DNA from: Archangium sp.
GTDB lineage: Bacteria > Myxococcota > Myxococcia > Myxococcales > Myxococcaceae
DNA length: 64,000 nt
NCBI GenBank assembly: GCA_047600485.1
Contig: JASGKS010000001.1
Coordinates: 6,592,259-6,656,258 of the forward strand
Direction: 5' to 3'
In this document: piece after piece, positions 25,513-35,579 of the stretch
How positions within the stretch are numbered: position 1 is the stretch's first letter
How the letters are laid out: every line of letters starts with the position of its first letter
Program-made: the position numbers and the translations under genes
Notes under the pieces: generated by a model
Databases searched by the model: none
Told to the model about the DNA's origin: nothing
The model's input: the letters and a program-made list of their open reading frames with translations, nothing else

Positions 25513-28500
25513 ATGAGCGACTCCCCGCGAACACCGACGGTTGCCGAGTCGCAAGTCAGCGATTCGACGAAGGACGAGTCGAACTCGTCCTCGGAGCCGA
25601 CGTCGCTGCCGACGCGCGCGCAGAGCCGTTACGTGTTCCTCACCGAGCACGCCCGCGGTGGCCTCGGCCGCGTGTGGCGCGTCTACGACCGGGAGCTGGG
25701 GCGTGAGCTCGCGCTCAAAGAATCGCTCACTGATGACTCCGCGGCGCGCAAGCGCTTCCTCCACGAGGCGCTGACCACCGCGAAGTTGGAGCACCCGGCC
25801 ATCGTGCCCGTGCATGACGCGGGCGTGTCTGATCAGACCGGCTCGCTCTTCTACACGATGAAGTTGGTGAGCGGCTCGACGCTGGCCGAGGTCATCGCGT
25901 CCACTCCGTCGCTCGAGGCGCGATTGGAACTGCTGCCGCGCGTGCTCGCCGTCGCCGAAGCGGTTGGCTACGCGCACAGCAAGGGCGTGCTGCACCGCGA
26001 CCTGAAGCCCGAGAACGTGCTCGTCGGAAAATTCGGCGAGACGGTGGTCATCGACTGGGGTCTCGCGAAGGCCGTTCCCACGACCGAGAGCGGGCCGGTG
26101 ACCGACGCGTCGCTCACGCGGGCGGGCGCGGTGATGGGCACTCCGGGCTACATGCCGCCCGAGCAGGCCGCGGGTGACGACGTCGACGCGCGCGCTGACG
26201 TCTACGCGCTCGGTGCGTGTCTCGCGTCGGTGGTGAGCGGCCGCAAGCCGACGTCGATGGCCACTCCGCGCTCGGGAGAGCCGGGCGTGCAGCACTTCGC
26301 GCTCGAAGAGACGCGCGGCGTGCCCCGAGACCTGCTCGCCATCATCCGCAAGGCGATGTCAGCGGCGCGCAGCGAGCGGTACCGCGACGCGAAGGCGCTG
26401 GCTGATGACCTGAACCGCTACCTCGCGCGGCAGAGCGTCGAGGCGCACGAGTACTCGCTCGCCGAGCGCATCGCGCGCTGGGTGCAGCGCCATCGAGCGC
26501 TCGCGCTGGCGACGGTGACGATTCTCGTGCTCTCCGCGCTCGGAGCGACGCTCGCCACCTTCCGCGAGGCCGGCCTGCGACGCGAAGCGGAGACCAGCAC
26601 GCGCTCGCTGCTCGAAGTGCAGGGCCGCACCGAGTTGAGCGCCGGGCGTCCACGCCGCGCGGCGGTGTACTTCGCCGAGGCGTTGAAGCGCGCGCCCGGC
26701 GACGCCGCGCTGCGCATGTTGCTCGAGCAGTCGGTGCGCTCGCTCGCCGCGAAGAAGTTCGAGCTGGTGGGCATGCAGCGGGACGTGGTCACGGTCGACT
26801 GGAGCCCTGACGGCAAATGGCTCGCGACCGGCGGTGACGACGAAGCAACGCGGCTGTGGAACGCCGAAACCGGAGCGCTCGCCAAAGCCGTCACCCAGCA
26901 CGCGCGTGGGCTCGACGACGTCACGTTCTCGCGTGACTCGAAGCTGCTCGTGTCGTGCGGTGGCGACCACAAGGTGCGCGTGTCGTCGGTGGAGACGCTC
27001 GGCGAGGTGGCGGCGTTCGACGACCCGAATCCCTATCGCTGCATCTTCACGCCCGATGGTTCGCGCGTGGTGGTGGGAGATCAGAGCGGCGAGGTGCGCG
27101 TCTACGACTGGAAGACCGGGACGAAGTTGCACACGCTCGTGCAGCACACCAATCGCGCGCAGTACCTGGCGTTCGCTCCGAGTGGAGAGCTGGTGGTGAT
27201 GGGCTGGGACCGCAGCGCGAGCGTGTGGGACGGCACGACGTTCACGCAGCTGCGCGTGTTGCGCGACTTCGAGTCGGAAGGTGCGGCCATCGCGTTCAGC
27301 CACGACGGCCGCTGGGCCGCGCTCGCGGAGAGCGACTTCTCGATTCACTTCTACCGGCTGCCGTCGTGGGAACACGCGCACCGCATTCGCACGCCCGATG
27401 ATTCGCGTTTTCCGCGCATCGCATTTTCGCTCGACGACCAGCAGCTCTTCTCCGGGAGCGCGGAAGGTGTGGTGCGCGCGTGGCACGTGATGAGCGGTGC
27501 GTTGCTGGCGACCGTCGACGTGCAGCCCGAGGGAAAGTTGTTCGCCAGCGCGATGAGCCCCGACTCGATGCGGCTGCTGACGGCCGGGCTCGATGGTTCG
27601 GCGGCGGTGTGGTCGCTCGACGGCGTGCTCGACTACCGCGTCGTTCCGTTTCGCGACGAGACGCGACCCACCGTGTTGCCCGGAGAAGTCTCGTCGACCG
27701 GCCGCTTCGTGCTGCCTGACTCCACGGGGCAGCTGAACGTGCTGACGAGCGAGGGCAAGGTCGAAGCGCGGTTCGGCGTCGGTGACTGGCCGGGCTCGGT
27801 GGCGGTGAGCGAAGTCGCGGGCACGGCGTTGGTGTCGAACGAGCGGAAGGGCTTTCGCGATTTGAAGGTGCGGCGGTTGAGCGACGGGAGCACGGTCGGC
27901 GAGCCGGTGCCGCATCAGGGCATGATCATCAACACCGCGGTCACGCGCGACGGGCTGCGCTACGCGACGGCTTGCTACGACGGCAAGGTGCGCATCATCG
28001 ACGCGCGCGACGCGAAGCTGTTGCTCACTGCTGAGGTCGCGAAGGACCGGTTGTCGGCGCTGACCTTCTCTCCTGATGGTTCGCAGCTCGCGGTGGCCGA
28101 AGGGAACGGCGTGGTGCACTTCATCGACGCGACGAGTGGAGCCGAGACGCGCAAGTTCACCGCGAGCGCGACGTGGATCGACGACGTCGAGTTCTCATTC
28201 GACGGCAAACGACTGGTGACCGCCGGCCGCCAGGACCATCGCGTGCGCGTGTGGGACGTGGCCACGCTGGCGATGCAGTTCGATTTCTCGGAGCACTCCA
28301 ACAACGTGGTGCGCGCGCGATTCTCGAGCGACGGCAAGCGCATCGCGTCAGTCGGAGTGGACCACGTGGCGTTGCTGCACGACGCGACGAGCGGGCAGCT
28401 GCTGCGCTCGTGGCGCGGGCCTTCTCAGACCGCCGAATTTCTCGCCGGAGACACCGAGCTGTTGACCACCGGAAACGACGGCTACGTGGTCATCTGGAAG

Positions 28501-28602
28501 CTCGCTGCTGATTCGCGCAGCAACGCTGAGCTGTTCGAGGCAGTCGCGAAGCAAGCGCCGTGGAAGCTCGAGAACGGCCGGCTCACGCGTCGAAGTGAAT
28601 GA
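25513..28602 (+). CDS. Ser/Thr protein kinase with TM segment and C-terminal WD40 beta-propeller domain(s)
   Basis: HRDLKPENVL, DWG and PPE motifs, then more than 10 WD-like repeats (SPDGKWLATGGDDEATRLWN...). Confidence 0.9.
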   Translation: MSDSPRTPTVAESQVSDSTKDESNSSSEPTSLPTRAQSRYVFLTEHARGGLGRVWRVYDRELGRELALKESLTDDSAARKRFLHEALTTAKLEHPAIVPVHDAGVSDQTGSLFYTMKLVSGSTLAEVIASTPSLEARLELLPRVLAVAEAVGYAHSKGVLHRDLKPENVLVGKFGETVVIDWGLAKAVPTTESGPVTDASLTRAGAVMGTPGYMPPEQAAGDDVDARADVYALGACLASVVSGRKPTSMATPRSGEPGVQHFALEETRGVPRDLLAIIRKAMSAARSERYRDAKALADDLNRYLARQSVEAHEYSLAERIARWVQRHRALALATVTILVLSALGATLATFREAGLRREAETSTRSLLEVQGRTELSAGRPRRAAVYFAEALKRAPGDAALRMLLEQSVRSLAAKKFELVGMQRDVVTVDWSPDGKWLATGGDDEATRLWNAETGALAKAVTQHARGLDDVTFSRDSKLLVSCGGDHKVRVSSVETLGEVAAFDDPNPYRCIFTPDGSRVVVGDQSGEVRVYDWKTGTKLHTLVQHTNRAQYLAFAPSGELVVMGWDRSASVWDGTTFTQLRVLRDFESEGAAIAFSHDGRWAALAESDFSIHFYRLPSWEHAHRIRTPDDSRFPRIAFSLDDQQLFSGSAEGVVRAWHVMSGALLATVDVQPEGKLFASAMSPDSMRLLTAGLDGSAAVWSLDGVLDYRVVPFRDETRPTVLPGEVSSTGRFVLPDSTGQLNVLTSEGKVEARFGVGDWPGSVAVSEVAGTALVSNERKGFRDLKVRRLSDGSTVGEPVPHQGMIINTAVTRDGLRYATACYDGKVRIIDARDAKLLLTAEVAKDRLSALTFSPDGSQLAVAEGNGVVHFIDATSGAETRKFTASATWIDDVEFSFDGKRLVTAGRQDHRVRVWDVATLAMQFDFSEHSNNVVRARFSSDGKRIASVGVDHVALLHDATSGQLLRSWRGPSQTAEFLAGDTELLTTGNDGYVVIWKLAADSRSNAELFEAVAKQAPWKLENGRLTRRSE

Positions 28603-29770
28603 CGTCGGCGTACTTCTCCGTGTCGTTCAGCCACGAAGGTCTGGGTTCCTCGATTCGCAACGTCGCGGCGGAACCGCCAGGCAGCGGGGCGCCTTCGAGC
28701 AACGGCAACACCGACGCGATTTCGTCCCACAGGAAGACGATGGTCGAGCCGTCTTCGAGCACGAGGTCTTCTCCTTCGGGCGAGTAGCGCTTCGCGGTCT
28801 TCGCACCCGCCTTCACGTACAGCAGCGGCTTCAGGTCGAAGCTCTTCGCGAGGCGCCCGCGCGTGACGACGAGGAGCTCGGGCTTCTCGTCGAAGAGAAG
28901 TTCCTCGGCGTACTGCTCGAGGTTGGCTCGCACTTCTTCGACGGAAGACGAGACGTGGCGCTCGCCGTCGATGATGAGGCCGTACCAACTGCACTCCGCG
29001 TTGCGCAGCCAGCCGCTCGGGAGGTCGTCGTTCTCGGCCTCGGCGACCTTCTGGGCTGCGTCGAGCGCGGCCATCGCCCACGGTACGTCGGAGAAACGCG
29101 CGCGCGCAGTCGCGAAGCCGTCGAGCGTCTCGAGCGCTCCGTGTTGACCCATGCCCTGCGACGGAGCCCACGCCACGCGCGGCTCGATGAACTCTCGCCA
29201 GGCGTGCAACGAGTTGAGCAACGCGCGCGCCTGCGGACGCACGGCGGTCAACTCGGGAAGCTCGCGCAGGAACCACCGGCTCGGCTCGAAGGGGAACGTT
29301 CGCTCGAGCATCGCCTCGGTGTTGATTTCAGGTTCGGGCGCGCTCAGCGCCGCCAGCGCCGCGCGAAAGAAGCCGGCGTGCAGCAGCACGTGGTCGAGCG
29401 CACGGCCGCTGAGCTTCAAGTCCGATGAGCCCAGAGACGTCGCGCGCTCGACGGTGAACAACGCGCGATCGATTCCCGTGACGGGGCGCCCGTTCCAGTC
29501 TTCGCGCGGGCGCTTCCAACCTCCACCGGCTTCGCCCTTCATCGTGATGCGCTTCGACTCGACGGCCGCGGCAAAGCCTTCGCTGATCATCGCGGTGTGA
29601 AAGTCGGCGACGACGCTGTCGATGGTGCCGAGCCGGTTGTAGGTGCCGAACATCGGCAGCGACGCGGGAACCCAGCGGCCCTTCGTTTCCTCGAGGACGA
29701 GAATGGCGACCGCGTCTTCCGCGCGCAGCGAGAGGCCCGTGGCGTGGCAGCGGTAGTCGTAGAAACCCAT
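28583..29770 (-). CDS. Hypothetical protein
   Basis: 395-aa ORF with balanced composition. Convergent with the kinase gene, with a 20-nt overlap. Confidence 0.5.
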   Translation of the reverse strand: MGFYDYRCHATGLSLRAEDAVAILVLEETKGRWVPASLPMFGTYNRLGTIDSVVADFHTAMISEGFAAAVESKRITMKGEAGGGWKRPREDWNGRPVTGIDRALFTVERATSLGSSDLKLSGRALDHVLLHAGFFRAALAALSAPEPEINTEAMLERTFPFEPSRWFLRELPELTAVRPQARALLNSLHAWREFIEPRVAWAPSQGMGQHGALETLDGFATARARFSDVPWAMAALDAAQKVAEAENDDLPSGWLRNAECSWYGLIIDGERHVSSSVEEVRANLEQYAEELLFDEKPELLVVTRGRLAKSFDLKPLLYVKAGAKTAKRYSPEGEDLVLEDGSTIVFLWDEIASVLPLLEGAPLPGGSAATLRIEEPRPSWLNDTEKYADVIHFDA

Positions 29771-29828
29771 GCGAGGCTCAACACCTCAGCCCGCCACGAA
29801 GGGCAAGAGTACGGTGCGGCGCGTGAGA

Positions 29829-30926
29829 ATGGCGTTCGCGTTGTTGCTCCTCGAGGCGTGCGCCACGACGGCGCCGATCGAGAAGCCCGTCGAGCGCGCT
29901 GCTCCAGTTGCTGCACCCGTCGAGAAATCCGAAGACCTCGCGGCGCTCATCGACGCGGCGCCTCGCACCGACGGTCACGAGCAGACGCTCACGCTGACCG
30001 ACCTCGCACACCGCGCGGAGACCGAGTGGCGCTACGACCTCGCCGCGAAGCTCTACGAAGAGCTCGTCACGCGCGCCGAAAAGGAAGGAGACCAGCGCGT
30101 GCTCGCCGAGCGCGTGTTCGACCTGGCGCGCATTCACCGCATCGTCGGGCTCTACGACCGCGCTCGAAGAGAAGCCGCGCGCGCGGAGAAGCTGTTCGGT
30201 CCGAACGCGAAAGAGCTCGGCGGCGTGCTGCAAATCGAAGCGTGGTGCGAGGTGATGATCGACGGCGACTTCGCGAAGGCCGAAGGGTTCGCCCGACGTG
30301 CGCTGGAGCTGACAGAGACGAACGGCACCACGCTCGAGGTCGCGTCCGCGCTCAACAACCTCGCCGCGTTCGCGCGCTTCACCGGCAAGTACGTCGAGGC
30401 CGAGCGTCGGTACCGCGAGGCGCTCAGTCGTTACGAAGACGCGGACGCGCTCGACACCGTCGGAGCCGCCACCACGCTCCACAACCTCGCTGGGCTGCTC
30501 TTCTCGCGCATCGGCTCGTCACCCGAAGTGAGCGGTCTCGAAGAACGCGCCGAAGTCGCGGCGACGAAAGCGCTCGGGCCCTCGCACCCGTTCACCATCG
30601 AGATCCTCGAGTCGTTGTCGAACATCTACAAACAGCAACGCCGCGGGCTGCGCTCCATCGAGGCGCACGAACGCGCGACGCGAGCCCGCGGCAGCAAGCC
30701 GAGCTGGTGCGTGAACGCGCTCGGCTCCGAGGGCTGCTTCGCAGCGTGTGGCCCGTCGAATCACTGCGCCGACGGAAAACAGTGCGCCAACCTCGGCGAA
30801 CTCCCTGCGTGTCTCACCACGTGCGTGAAGATCGGCTCGACCGAAGGCTGCGCACCGGGCCTGGTGTGCAGCCCGATGCACCGCGGCGAGCTGTCGAAGA
30901 CGGACGGCGTGTGCGCACCGCAGTAA
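29829..30926 (+). CDS. TPR-repeat lipoprotein with C-terminal Cys-rich module
   Basis: Lipobox (LLEAC|A), TPR-like helices (ALNNLAAFARFTGKYVEAERRYREAL) and a C-terminal 10-Cys region. Confidence 0.65.
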   Translation: MAFALLLLEACATTAPIEKPVERAAPVAAPVEKSEDLAALIDAAPRTDGHEQTLTLTDLAHRAETEWRYDLAAKLYEELVTRAEKEGDQRVLAERVFDLARIHRIVGLYDRARREAARAEKLFGPNAKELGGVLQIEAWCEVMIDGDFAKAEGFARRALELTETNGTTLEVASALNNLAAFARFTGKYVEAERRYREALSRYEDADALDTVGAATTLHNLAGLLFSRIGSSPEVSGLEERAEVAATKALGPSHPFTIEILESLSNIYKQQRRGLRSIEAHERATRARGSKPSWCVNALGSEGCFAACGPSNHCADGKQCANLGELPACLTTCVKIGSTEGCAPGLVCSPMHRGELSKTDGVCAPQ

Positions 30927-30938
30927 GAACACCGACGC

Positions 30939-31781
30939 ATGAAGCGTCTCGCTCCGCTGCTCACGCTCGCGTTGCTCGGCTGTGGTCTGGCGGCGCCGCG
31001 CTCCGCTGAATCAGTCACCGACGGAGTGGGCCGCGCGCGCTTCGAGACCCGCGCCGCCGGCTCCGACCTCGTCGAGGTGACGGTCCTCTTCCCCGCCAAC
31101 GACGACGGCTCGCTCCGCGGAAAATCGCTGCCCGCGGTGGTCTTCGTGCAAGGCGGCTTCGTGGCCACGTCTCGCTACGAGTGGCAGGCCATCGAGCTCG
31201 CGAAGGCGGGCTACGTCGTCGCGCTCGCCGAGAATCAGTGGCAGCTCGCGTTCTTCTCGCTCGACGCCAACCAGGCTGCGCGCGCGTTGTTGGTGACGCC
31301 TCCAAGCGGCTCGGTGTTGGTGGGAGCCGTCGACGCCAACCGAATCGCCGTCGCAGGCCACAGCCTCGGCAGCGTGTCGGCGATGAAGCTCGCGCTCGAG
31401 GGCGACTTCCAGGCGGTGGTGCTCGAGGCCGGCTACCCCGACACCGCCGACGACTCGAAGTTGCCTGCCTTCGCGCGCCCGTCTCTCTCGCTCGCTGGAA
31501 CGCTCGACTGTTCTGCGCGACTGGCCGACGTGCAGAGCGGTTGGGCGAAGCTCCCCAGTCCGACCGCGCTCGTGACCCTCGATGGCGTGACGCACTACCA
31601 GTTCACCGACAGCCAGAAGGAAGACGAGCAGAAGGGATGCACGCCGACCCTTTCGCTCGAGACTGCACACACACGCATCGCGCAGGCACTGCTCGCCTTC
31701 CTCGACTCGGCCCTGTCGGACGGCACGGTCAACAAGGCGGCGTTCAATCAAGTCGGCGGCGCGACCGTGGAGGTCCGATGA
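30939..31781 (+). CDS. Alpha/beta-hydrolase lipoprotein (GHSLG nucleophile elbow)
   Basis: Lipobox (LLGC|G), GxSxG (GHSLGS), and Asp and His downstream. Confidence 0.75.
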   Translation: MKRLAPLLTLALLGCGLAAPRSAESVTDGVGRARFETRAAGSDLVEVTVLFPANDDGSLRGKSLPAVVFVQGGFVATSRYEWQAIELAKAGYVVALAENQWQLAFFSLDANQAARALLVTPPSGSVLVGAVDANRIAVAGHSLGSVSAMKLALEGDFQAVVLEAGYPDTADDSKLPAFARPSLSLAGTLDCSARLADVQSGWAKLPSPTALVTLDGVTHYQFTDSQKEDEQKGCTPTLSLETAHTRIAQALLAFLDSALSDGTVNKAAFNQVGGATVEVR

Positions 31782-32359
31782 CGCGCGCGAGCCTGTTGCT
31801 GGTGTTGGTGGCGGCTCCGGCGTTTGCGGAAGGTGGCTGGCTGACGGCGCGCGGTCGGCTGGCGCCGGAAGTGCGGCTCGAGGCGTGGGGCGGAAACCTG
31901 TCGTTCGGCGTGGGCCTCATCGTTCCCGACGTGAAGAGCCAGGCGCTGACGGTCGAGGCGCTCTACGCGTTTCGAGATCGCACGCTCGAACTTCGTGGCG
32001 GCCGGAGCTGGCAATTCACGACGACCGGCTTCGCGACCGCTTCGGCCACGCTCGTCGGAGTGGCGCACGTCGTGCCTGAAGGCCAGGACGTCGGCGTCGG
32101 CCCGCACGGCATGCTCGCGCTCTCGCTCGGAGGAAAGGTCTTCACCGTCGACCTCGCGCTCGAGAGCGGCGCGGAGTTCTTCTTTCACGCGGCGCTCGGC
32201 CGATTCCCTCAGCGCGGCGTGCTTGGGCTCAACCTGCGCCTCGGCGACTTCGGCTTCAGTGCGCAGGCGAAAATCGGAGCCGACATCGTGCTCGCCGGAA
32301 ACGCGGTGGTGCGCGGTGAGCTGGTGCTGAGCGTTTCGTGGTTCGGCGCGAAGCTCTGA
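31778..32359 (+). CDS. Secreted hypothetical protein (beta-rich)
   Basis: ATGA overlap with the hydrolase gene. Signal peptide (LLLVLVAAPAFA|EG). Confidence 0.55.
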   Translation: MTRASLLLVLVAAPAFAEGGWLTARGRLAPEVRLEAWGGNLSFGVGLIVPDVKSQALTVEALYAFRDRTLELRGGRSWQFTTTGFATASATLVGVAHVVPEGQDVGVGPHGMLALSLGGKVFTVDLALESGAEFFFHAALGRFPQRGVLGLNLRLGDFGFSAQAKIGADIVLAGNAVVRGELVLSVSWFGAKL

Positions 32360-34990
32360 TCAGCCCTTCGTCTCGCCCAGCTTCTGCTTGCCCTGCGCGT
32401 CGTAGATGATCTGCAGCACGCTCGCGAGCACGGTGAAGCTCACCAGCAGCGTCGTGCCCAGGCCCAGACAGGCGACGAAGCCGATGCTCCGCAGGCCGAG
32501 GTGATGCGCGAACCCGAGTGACGCGAAGCCGGCGATGGCGGTGAGCGTCGAGCTCGCGACGGCACCTCCGACCGAGCGCAACGCGACGAGTGGCGCCGTG
32601 CCCTCGAGGAAACGATGCAACAGGTAGAGGCCGTGACTCACTCCGAACCCGAGCAGAATCGGCAGAATCACGAGGTTCATGAAGTTGAGCCGGCTGTTCA
32701 GCATCGACAGCATGCCGAGCATCATCAGCAGGCCGACTCCGAGCGGAATCACCGACGCGAGCGCCAGCTTCACCGAGCGGAAATCGAGGTAGTGCATGAT
32801 GAGAATCCACAGCGCGGCGAGCAGCACCGTCACCTTGCCGTCCCACAACACGATGCGCGCGAGCTTGGCGTAGAGAATCGCGAGACCGGCCGACGGGTAC
32901 TCAGCGCCGCTCTTGCCTTTGATGACGCGCGTCTGATCAGCGAACGTGAGCAGGTTCTTGCCGTCCCAGAGATCGACCTTCGGGTACAGGAACGTGAGGT
33001 AGCCGTGGTTCTCGGGCCTGGTCGTCGCGAGGTGACGGAACTGCGACGCGTAGACCTCGGGCACGCCGTTCACGTCGAAGGGCTTCTTCTCGAGCACCTT
33101 CATGAAGAACTCCGCCTTTTCCTGCATCTCGGGCGGCAGTGACTTCACGTCGATGTCCTTCAGTTCCTCTCGCCACTCAGCGAGCACCTTCGCGTTGGCC
33201 TCAGCGGTGAGCGGCGGCGGCGTGAAGGTGTAGATGCTGACGACCTGATCAACCGTCGGGTACTTCGACGGGTCGACGTTGTAGTTGTGGTCCGGGTCGT
33301 CGGTCATCGCGTCCCAGATGTCTTTCGCGCCCGCAACGTCCTTCGTGTACACGGCGATGGGGTCGGAGCTGATGCGGAAGCGGCGGTTGATTTCGTCCTG
33401 CAGCTTCACGCTCGGCTGATCAACCGGCATCAGCGCGCGGGTGTTGTAGTTGAAGCGCACGCCGCCCTGGAGCCGCTCGAGCATCGTCATCTCGCGGTCC
33501 TTCGGAATCGGGAAGTCGGTCCACGGCACGGCGAACGCGCACACCATGGCGACCACCGCGAGCGAGCCGGCGAGCAGCAGCTTGGGGTTCGGCAACTTCT
33601 TCGCGCCGCTCTCGAGCTCAGCCGACGGAGGCGTCATGCGACCGGTCAACTTCTCCGGCCACGTCGGGTTGTAGTGGCCCGCGAGCGCGAGAATCGCCGG
33701 AGACCACGAGAACAACGCGAACGCGGTGATCATCGTGCCGAAGCCCGCGAGGAAACCGAACTGCGAGAAGCCGCGGAACTCGGAGACGAGCAGCACGAAG
33801 AACGAGCCGGCAGTGACGATGGCGGCGATGAGCGCGGGGCGGCCGGCGTTGATGAACGCGTCACGAATCGCGTCGTTCCACGGCTTGCCGGTGCCGAACT
33901 CGATGCGCGAGCGGTAGGTGAAGTGAATGCCGTAGTCGATCCCGAACCCCAGCAGGATGGCGGCGATGATGCTGGTCACCATGTTGAGCTGACCGAGCGT
34001 GATCTTCGCGAAGCCGAGCGTCATCGCGGTGCCGAGCACGGTGCCGCTGAGCACGATGATGGTGGGCCAGAAGCGGCGGAAGAAGACGGCGATGACGATG
34101 GCGATCAACACCAGCGAGGTGATGGTGATGTCGTCGAGCGAGTCGATGATCGCCACCGAGTCATCGACGTTGGTCTTGTACGAACCGGTGAAACCGAACG
34201 CGACCTTCTTGGAGTCGCCCATCAGCTCGTAGTCTTCGACGACCTGCACTCCCGACTTCTGCGCGGCGTCGTAGATGAGACCTTTGGTGAGCGTGGTGCC
34301 CATCTCGGTCGAGCCCGTCATCGCCGAGATCAACCCCTGCGTCTTCTGCAGTTGGGTCGAGTTCCACATCGGCTTGATGAGGATCATGATCATCTGCTTG
34401 TCGTCGCTGATGTAATAGTCGTCGCGAATGCTCTTCTTCCCGATCGCGGAGTACTTGTTCACGAGATCGGTGAGGTCGAGCTTCACCGGCTCGGTCTTGC
34501 GCAGCTCGATGTAGAACGGGTTGTTCCGACGGAGCTGATCCTTCAAGTACGCGTTGATGCGCTTCTTGCCCTCGATCAGATCCTCCGTGTGGATGAACAG
34601 GACCATGTTCTCCTGCACGAACTCGATGGGGATTTTGTAGGTGATGAAGCGCACCAGCGGCTCGCCGGTCTTCTCGTCTTTCGCCGCGAGCAGCGTGTCG
34701 TTGATGTCGTCGGCCAACTTCTTGAGCGCCTTCTCGTCGTTGCCGCGCAACGCGAGCTGCAGGTAGCCAGCGCCGCCGACCATGTCGATGACGCGCTTGA
34801 CCTCCTTCACCTCGGGGAGGTCCTGGCTGATCAACGAGAGCTGATCAGACTCGATGGTCAGCTGCGTCGCGAGGTACGTCGTGACGGCTCCGACGGCGAG
34901 GAGCGCCAGCAAGACCCGCCCGGGGTGTTTCACGAGGATGTTGGCGTACGCGGTGATGGCGCGGGTGATGAAAGCTGACTTGTCACTCAT
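32360..34990 (-). CDS. MMPL/RND-superfamily membrane transporter (two 6-TM bundles with large periplasmic loops)
   Basis: 876 aa with a duplicated architecture. GxxxD-type motifs in TM4/TM10 (GFGIDYGIHF; GFGVSHGLYLLHRF). Confidence 0.9.
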   Translation of the reverse strand: MSDKSAFITRAITAYANILVKHPGRVLLALLAVGAVTTYLATQLTIESDQLSLISQDLPEVKEVKRVIDMVGGAGYLQLALRGNDEKALKKLADDINDTLLAAKDEKTGEPLVRFITYKIPIEFVQENMVLFIHTEDLIEGKKRINAYLKDQLRRNNPFYIELRKTEPVKLDLTDLVNKYSAIGKKSIRDDYYISDDKQMIMILIKPMWNSTQLQKTQGLISAMTGSTEMGTTLTKGLIYDAAQKSGVQVVEDYELMGDSKKVAFGFTGSYKTNVDDSVAIIDSLDDITITSLVLIAIVIAVFFRRFWPTIIVLSGTVLGTAMTLGFAKITLGQLNMVTSIIAAILLGFGIDYGIHFTYRSRIEFGTGKPWNDAIRDAFINAGRPALIAAIVTAGSFFVLLVSEFRGFSQFGFLAGFGTMITAFALFSWSPAILALAGHYNPTWPEKLTGRMTPPSAELESGAKKLPNPKLLLAGSLAVVAMVCAFAVPWTDFPIPKDREMTMLERLQGGVRFNYNTRALMPVDQPSVKLQDEINRRFRISSDPIAVYTKDVAGAKDIWDAMTDDPDHNYNVDPSKYPTVDQVVSIYTFTPPPLTAEANAKVLAEWREELKDIDVKSLPPEMQEKAEFFMKVLEKKPFDVNGVPEVYASQFRHLATTRPENHGYLTFLYPKVDLWDGKNLLTFADQTRVIKGKSGAEYPSAGLAILYAKLARIVLWDGKVTVLLAALWILIMHYLDFRSVKLALASVIPLGVGLLMMLGMLSMLNSRLNFMNLVILPILLGFGVSHGLYLLHRFLEGTAPLVALRSVGGAVASSTLTAIAGFASLGFAHHLGLRSIGFVACLGLGTTLLVSFTVLASVLQIIYDAQGKQKLGETKG

Positions 34991-34995
34991 GGCGC

Positions 34996-35568
34996 GTGCC
35001 TCATACTGACTCGGTGCCTGCCGTGCCCTACGAAGTTTCGAGCCTCCACCTGCACGCCTTCATCGAGGCGGCGAAGAAGGTCGGAGCCTGGGAAGGCGCG
35101 CAGCCCCACCTCGACCTTCGCGTGCGCATGCAGCTGGTCGACCTGCAGTCCAAGCGGTGGCTGCCGGGAGCGCTGCTGCAGGCCGTGTCGGCCGCCATCG
35201 TGAAGGGCTCGGGCGACGACGTGCTCGATCGGCTCAACTACGTGATGACGCGCGAGTCGCTGAGCCGCGTGTTGTTGCCGGTGGTGCGCATCGCGTTGAC
35301 GCTCTCCGGGTCTTCGCCCGCCACCATCTTCTCGCGCATGCAGGACCTCTCTCGCGTCGCGACGCGCGGCGTGACGACGAGCTGGGAAGCGAACGGGGAG
35401 AACCGCGGCATCGTGAAGGTGACGTACCCCGAGCCTCCGGCGCACACCGTGCACATCGGTTGGCGCGGCGTGTTCCGTTTTGCGTTCGAGCTCACCGGGA
35501 AGATCGGCACGCTCACGCACGCGAACTACGAGGGGTCGAGCGTGTACATGCACGTGAGCTGGCAGTAG
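34996..35568 (+). CDS. Hypothetical protein (small myxobacterial-type, function unknown)
   Basis: 190-aa ORF, divergent from MMPL and upstream of the ADH. Confidence 0.5.
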   Translation: MPHTDSVPAVPYEVSSLHLHAFIEAAKKVGAWEGAQPHLDLRVRMQLVDLQSKRWLPGALLQAVSAAIVKGSGDDVLDRLNYVMTRESLSRVLLPVVRIALTLSGSSPATIFSRMQDLSRVATRGVTTSWEANGENRGIVKVTYPEPPAHTVHIGWRGVFRFAFELTGKIGTLTHANYEGSSVYMHVSWQ

Positions 35569-35579
35569 GGAGAGCGCGA

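Noticed and set aside
24136-26295. A 719-aa ORF extending 285 codons upstream of the phospholipase C signal peptide.
   Set aside because: The upstream extension is Arg/His-rich low-complexity sequence, typical of out-of-context reading in 70% GC DNA. The native lipoprotein signal peptide begins at the internal Met (about 25440).
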